A stretch of DNA of 64,000 nt from an uncultured Bacteroidales bacterium (lineage in GTDB: Bacteria > Bacteroidota > Bacteroidia > Bacteroidales > UBA932), in the NCBI GenBank assembly GCA_900541925.1, contig UQMB01000002.1:49429-113428 (forward strand). The letters are read 5' to 3'. Position numbers and translations under genes: made by a program. Positions 60,489 through 64,000 of the stretch are shown one piece after another (position 1 is the stretch's first letter; every line of letters starts with the position of its first letter). A model generated the notes under the pieces. That model searched no databases. It worked only from the letters and a program-made list of their open reading frames with translations, and was not told the DNA's origin.

Positions 60489-60962
60489 CTAGAGCGGATA
60501 AATCGCCGCGCCGACAAAGTCGATAAGATCCCGGGGGGCTATCTTCAGTTGCAGGCCGCGGACACCTGCGCTGATGTAGATGTAGTCAAACAGCAGAGCC
60601 GACTCGTAGATGAAGGTCGGGAAGGCTTTCTTCATCCCTATCGGAGAGCAGCCTCCCCTGATGTAACCGGTCAGCGGCAGCAACTCACGGACATGCACCA
60701 TCTCGCAACTTTTGTTGCCCGAAATCCTGGCAGCCACCTTGAGATCCACCTCAAGGTCGCCCGGCATCACGCAGACAAAATACCCGTTGCGGTCACCTCT
60801 GAGCACCAGTGTCTTGAACACAGTCTCGATATCCTCCCCGAGTTCCGCCGCCACATGCTGGGCAGACAGGTCCTCTTCCGTATAGTCATACGGAATAAGT
60901 TCATACTCTATTTTCGCGGCATCAAGCAGCCTTGCCGCATTTGTTTTCTCAGTCTTTGGCAC
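60489..60962 (-). CDS. ybaK: Cys-tRNA(Pro)/Cys-tRNA(Cys) deacylase YbaK
   Basis: 157 aa YbaK/ProX deacylase fold (MPKTEKTNAARLLD...GGCSPIG). Confidence 0.88.
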   Translation of the reverse strand: MPKTEKTNAARLLDAAKIEYELIPYDYTEEDLSAQHVAAELGEDIETVFKTLVLRGDRNGYFVCVMPGDLEVDLKVAARISGNKSCEMVHVRELLPLTGYIRGGCSPIGMKKAFPTFIYESALLFDYIYISAGVRGLQLKIAPRDLIDFVGAAIYPL

Positions 60963-61027
60963 GATGATTGCAATATTTCTTGTCGAATAGATTTTTCATA
61001 GGTTAAATTTTGGTTAGAATCAGAATT

Positions 61028-61056
61028 AAAACTCTCGATGTGATATCGAGAGTTTT
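61028..61056. terminator. Bidirectional intrinsic terminator (12-bp perfect stem AAAACTCTCGAT/ATCGAGAGTTTT, 5-nt loop, followed by ATTTTTT)
   Basis: A perfect palindrome with flanking A and T runs, in the divergent/convergent spacer between ybaK and the EamA transporter gene. Confidence 0.6.
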
Positions 61057-61188
61057 ATTTTTTGTACTACCCTGCAAATATAGCAATCGTCGAAAAATAA
61101 ATCGTATATTCGCGGCCGCAAATGTCAAGGCCTGACGCCCACGACAAGGACAAGCGGACCGGCGGGCCCGCCAAAACATCAAAAAGAC

Positions 61189-62124
61189 ATGTACACGACT
61201 GGCATAATGGGCAGCAACGCGCAACTGCGCAACAGACTTACAGGCTACACGGCCGGAATCATCGCCGGGATCTCCTACGGCATGAACCCTCTGTTCGGCA
61301 AGGAACTCCTCGCCGGAGGGGCGCCAGTATCGAGCGTGCTGTTCTTCCGCTACCTCTTCGCCACCATATTCATGGCGGTCCTGATGATGGCCAAGCGCGA
61401 GAGTTTCGCCACCGACCGCAGCCAGCGGCTGACTCTGCTCATCCTGGGCGTGCTCTTCAGCTGCAGCAGCCTCTTCCTGTTTGACGCCTACAACTACATC
61501 CCGGCGGGACTCGCCACCACGGTGGTCTATCTCTACCCTGTGTTCACGGCCCTGATAATGCTGTTTCTCAAGGTCAAGCCGAGCCGCCAGGTATGGATTT
61601 CAATAATGGCCACGCTCGTCGGCGTGTTCATCCTGATGGATCCGCTCAAAAGCGCCGCATTCAATCTCACGGGAGCCATCCTGTCCGGGTTGTCCGCACT
61701 CAGCTACGCCGGCTACCTGGTGATTGTCAACCAGTCCGGAAAGATGAAAAATCTCTCCGCACACACTATCACCTTCTACGCCCTGGCCACCGGGACCCTT
61801 ATATTCCTCGTACAGCACCTCGCTGAAGGCGGGGAGTTCCTCCAGGGCATAAGCGGGAAGAGGGACTGGCTCGATCTCCTGGGCCTCGGACTCGTGCCGA
61901 CAATGGTTTCCCTGCTCGCCCTCGCAATGGCTACCAAAAGCATAGGCCCGACCAAGACCGCCGTACTGGGCGTGTTCGAACCGATAACGGCCATAGCCAT
62001 AGGCACGGTCGCATTCGGAGAGCCGTTCACGGCAAATGTCGCCGTCGGAGCCGTCATCTGCATCGGCGCAATCGTGTTCATGATCTTGTCCGGGAGACAG
62101 GAGACCGGCAAGGGACAGGTTTAG
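61189..62124 (+). CDS. EamA/DMT-family transporter
   Basis: 311 aa with 10 predicted TM helices in two EamA repeats. The start could instead be ATG 61207 (MGSNAQL). Confidence 0.8.
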   Translation: MYTTGIMGSNAQLRNRLTGYTAGIIAGISYGMNPLFGKELLAGGAPVSSVLFFRYLFATIFMAVLMMAKRESFATDRSQRLTLLILGVLFSCSSLFLFDAYNYIPAGLATTVVYLYPVFTALIMLFLKVKPSRQVWISIMATLVGVFILMDPLKSAAFNLTGAILSGLSALSYAGYLVIVNQSGKMKNLSAHTITFYALATGTLIFLVQHLAEGGEFLQGISGKRDWLDLLGLGLVPTMVSLLALAMATKSIGPTKTAVLGVFEPITAIAIGTVAFGEPFTANVAVGAVICIGAIVFMILSGRQETGKGQV

Positions 62125-62164
62125 GTTTTGTGACAAAATCAAAGTATATTTGCCGACGGAAATA

Positions 62165-62467
62165 AGGGAGGGGCGATCTGCCGCTCAAATGAGAGGAAAG
62201 TCCGGACAAGACAGGGCATCCCGCTGCGGAAAGCGCAGGTAGAGGCGACTTTACGTCGGCCGTAACAGAGAATGACTGCCGAAAGGCGATGGTGAAAACG
62301 TGAGGCAAGAGCTCACGACGCACAGGCAGCGATGCCTTGCGGGTACGGCACCGGGACTTGCAAAACCAAATATACCGGCAAATGAGGACTGCCCATCCGA
62401 TGCCGGGGGGTAGGTTGCGAAGATAAATGGCAGAATAAAACAGAAACCGGCTTACGGCCTCTCCCCT
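62165..62467 (+). ncRNA. rnpB: RNase P RNA (bacterial type A)
   Basis: Contains GAGGAAAGTCCGGAC (P4 5' half), GGTGAAAACGTGAGGCAAGAGCTCAC (P10-P12 region) and ACAGAAACCGGCTTAC (P4 3' half). P1 pairs GGGAGGGG with CCTCTCCC. No plausible protein ORF. Ends are about +/-10 nt. Confidence 0.88.
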
Positions 62468-63521
62468 ATTTCTTTTTTATCTTCTCCATGATGTGAGAGA
62501 AAGCCTGGCTTCTCTTCTCATCCTTGCGGAGCGAAAGCCTCTCGGCTATCTCCCTGTTGAGCTGCGGGAAGCGCTCGAAGAGATTATCCACCAGCTGCTT
62601 GATATACGGCTCCTTGTGACGGTCGCGCTTGTCGGCGTACATCTCGTTGAAGCAGACGAGGATAGCCGTCTCCTCCACATCCGAGAACTCGTCGTTGACG
62701 GCGGTGCCGCACATCTTCATCGTCGGAGAGATGTTCATGTACGAATTGACAAGAGGAGGAATGCCGCAGCCGAGTTTGCGCACGGCATCCTTGAGATTCC
62801 GGTAATCAGTCTTGAAATCATCATCGCGCAGAATCAGGTCCAGAATACGCCCGTCCAGCTGAGGCATCACCGGATGATACGGACGGACGAGGTTCTCATC
62901 GTCCCCGAAATGCTTCCAGAGGAAATGCAGGATCAGGTCGCGGCAGGAGCGGTCATATGACGGGTACATCGTCATCTTCCCGAAGAAGTAGATGATGTTG
63001 GAATGCTGCATCATCACGGACGCGATGCCGTCCCAGAGATTGTCCAGGGCATATATGGCCTTGGCTCCGGCCTTCGAGCTCTGGTATGCAGGAGTCACGA
63101 ACGAGCGTCCCAGCTCAATCACATGCGGGAGGTAGTCACGGATGAACTTGTCCGAAAAATGGAACATGTGGGAAGTGGCGAGATTCGGCTGTCCGTTCTC
63201 CTTCAGGGTCACATCCGGACCGAGGATATACCTGTATCCGCCTATGATCGCCTCCGCAGACGGGTCCCAGATGACAATCTGCCGGTAAGGGCTGTCCATG
63301 GTGTCGAACTCGTCAAGGTCAAGTGAGAGGCCGGAACTGCCCCCGGCCTGCCGGAACGACTCCTCACGCAGGCGGCCCACTTCGCGCAGCACATTGGGAG
63401 AATCGTCGCCGTCGATGACATAGATCTCGTTGCCCGCCTTGTTGGTGTCGCAAAGCTTCTTGTCAGGTGTGAGTTCTGCCTTGAGCAGGCTGACGCTCAC
63501 GGGGTCAATGATCTTCTCCAT
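62466..63521 (-). CDS. GNAT-like N-acyltransferase (OlsB/GlsB-type, 'hemolysin-like')
   Basis: 351 aa. Gene order, with the acyltransferase gene immediately adjacent, resembles the Bacteroidetes glycine-lipid/ornithine-lipid N-acyltransferase + O-acyltransferase pair. Family assignment is from memory, not a motif match. Confidence 0.5.
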   Translation of the reverse strand: MEKIIDPVSVSLLKAELTPDKKLCDTNKAGNEIYVIDGDDSPNVLREVGRLREESFRQAGGSSGLSLDLDEFDTMDSPYRQIVIWDPSAEAIIGGYRYILGPDVTLKENGQPNLATSHMFHFSDKFIRDYLPHVIELGRSFVTPAYQSSKAGAKAIYALDNLWDGIASVMMQHSNIIYFFGKMTMYPSYDRSCRDLILHFLWKHFGDDENLVRPYHPVMPQLDGRILDLILRDDDFKTDYRNLKDAVRKLGCGIPPLVNSYMNISPTMKMCGTAVNDEFSDVEETAILVCFNEMYADKRDRHKEPYIKQLVDNLFERFPQLNREIAERLSLRKDEKRSQAFSHIMEKIKKK

Positions 63522-63525
63522 ATTC

Positions 63526-64000
63526 TCAATGCAATTGATAAACCTTTTCCCTCATATACGCCGCCCACTGGAGAGGCGTCCTGCTGCCGTCGAAGGTCTC
63601 GGCCGGCACCGGTTTCCCGAAAATCACCTTGAAATGCGCGTTGCGCGCCCGGTACATCTCGTCCGGGAGATAGAGCATCGCGAAGTTGAACTTCAGCTTC
63701 AGGAACTTGCAGAGATTCGCGACCCGATAGAAACGCCCCGAATTCTCACCGACGAAGCGGACCGGCACCACCGCACGGGAGGTAGCCTTGCTCTTGGTGA
63801 TGAATGTCTTGGTCCACGGAAGATCCTGTACCTTGCCGTCAATCCTGCGGGAACATATCCCGGCCGGGAAAATCAGGATCTGGTCCCCGGAACGGAAGGC
63901 GGCGTCCAGCATGGCGGGCAGATTCCGCGCGAGCGCGCCCGTCTTGTTGACCGGGAGGAAGAGCGGCTCCAGCGGCTTGATATACATCAGGAAGTCGTTG
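63526..64000 (-). CDS. Lysophospholipid (PlsC-like) acyltransferase, 5'-truncated by window end
   Basis: The C-terminal 153 aa are visible (FPAGICSRR..., PVRFVGENS). The HX4D motif would lie beyond the window. 4-bp gap to the downstream GNAT-like gene. Confidence 0.55.
   Translation of the reverse strand, partial: NDFLMYIKPLEPLFLPVNKTGALARNLPAMLDAAFRSGDQILIFPAGICSRRIDGKVQDLPWTKTFITKSKATSRAVVPVRFVGENSGRFYRVANLCKFLKLKFNFAMLYLPDEMYRARNAHFKVIFGKPVPAETFDGSRTPLQWAAYMREKVYQLH

Noticed and set aside
62078-62323. Small ORFs overlapping 62160..62470
   Set aside because: The region contains the universally conserved RNase P RNA motifs (GAGGAAAGTCCGGAC, ACAGAAACCGGCTTAC); it is an RNA gene, not protein-coding.

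Overview
This window reads as a GC-rich Bacteroidales chromosome segment of about 58-62% GC; the taxonomy is inferred from Bacteroides-type -33 TTTG / -7 TAnnTTTG promoter boxes, lipoprotein signal peptides and type-V fimbrillin genes. Housekeeping operons occupy most of it: an arginine and carbamoyl-phosphate cluster (argB, an M20 deacylase, argH, carA, carB), ffh, recF, a Na+-pumping methylmalonyl-CoA decarboxylase operon, a 7-gene V/A-type ATPase operon, pfkA, tRNA-Ala(CGC), RNase P RNA, and a glycine/ornithine-lipid-like acyltransferase pair. Two lower-GC accessory regions interrupt this. The first is a type-V (Mfa/Fim-like) fimbrial locus (26.4-38.5 kb) that ends in a 1081-aa lipoprotein with a DUF1566-like C-terminal domain, followed by an orphan DUF1566-like fragment. 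The second is a decayed integrative-element remnant next to tRNA-Ala (56.6-60.5 kb) holding an MITE-disrupted excisionase-like HTH gene, SD-led mini-ORFs, a frameshifted AlbA_2/ATPase/HTH regulator and GC-rich repeat clutter. Observations I would look at again: (1) a 164-bp MITE with ~22-bp terminal inverted repeats and 3-bp TWA target duplications, present in three copies (one inverted); one copy sits inside the xis-like gene and its in-silico excision restores the reading frame, one supplies the last four codons and stop of an ABC ATPase gene, and one lies inside the fimbrial locus. (2) A poly(C)11 tract ~140 bp upstream of the fimbrial locus, a candidate phase-variation switch. (3) A conserved 39-bp motif with a GCGGCAA-N8-TTGCCGC hairpin upstream of both Na+-bioenergetic operons. 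(4) GC-rich REP-like 40-mer palindromes and an ~68-bp inverted-repeat pair, concentrated at the edges of the accessory regions. No CRISPR array, integrase or rRNA is visible.
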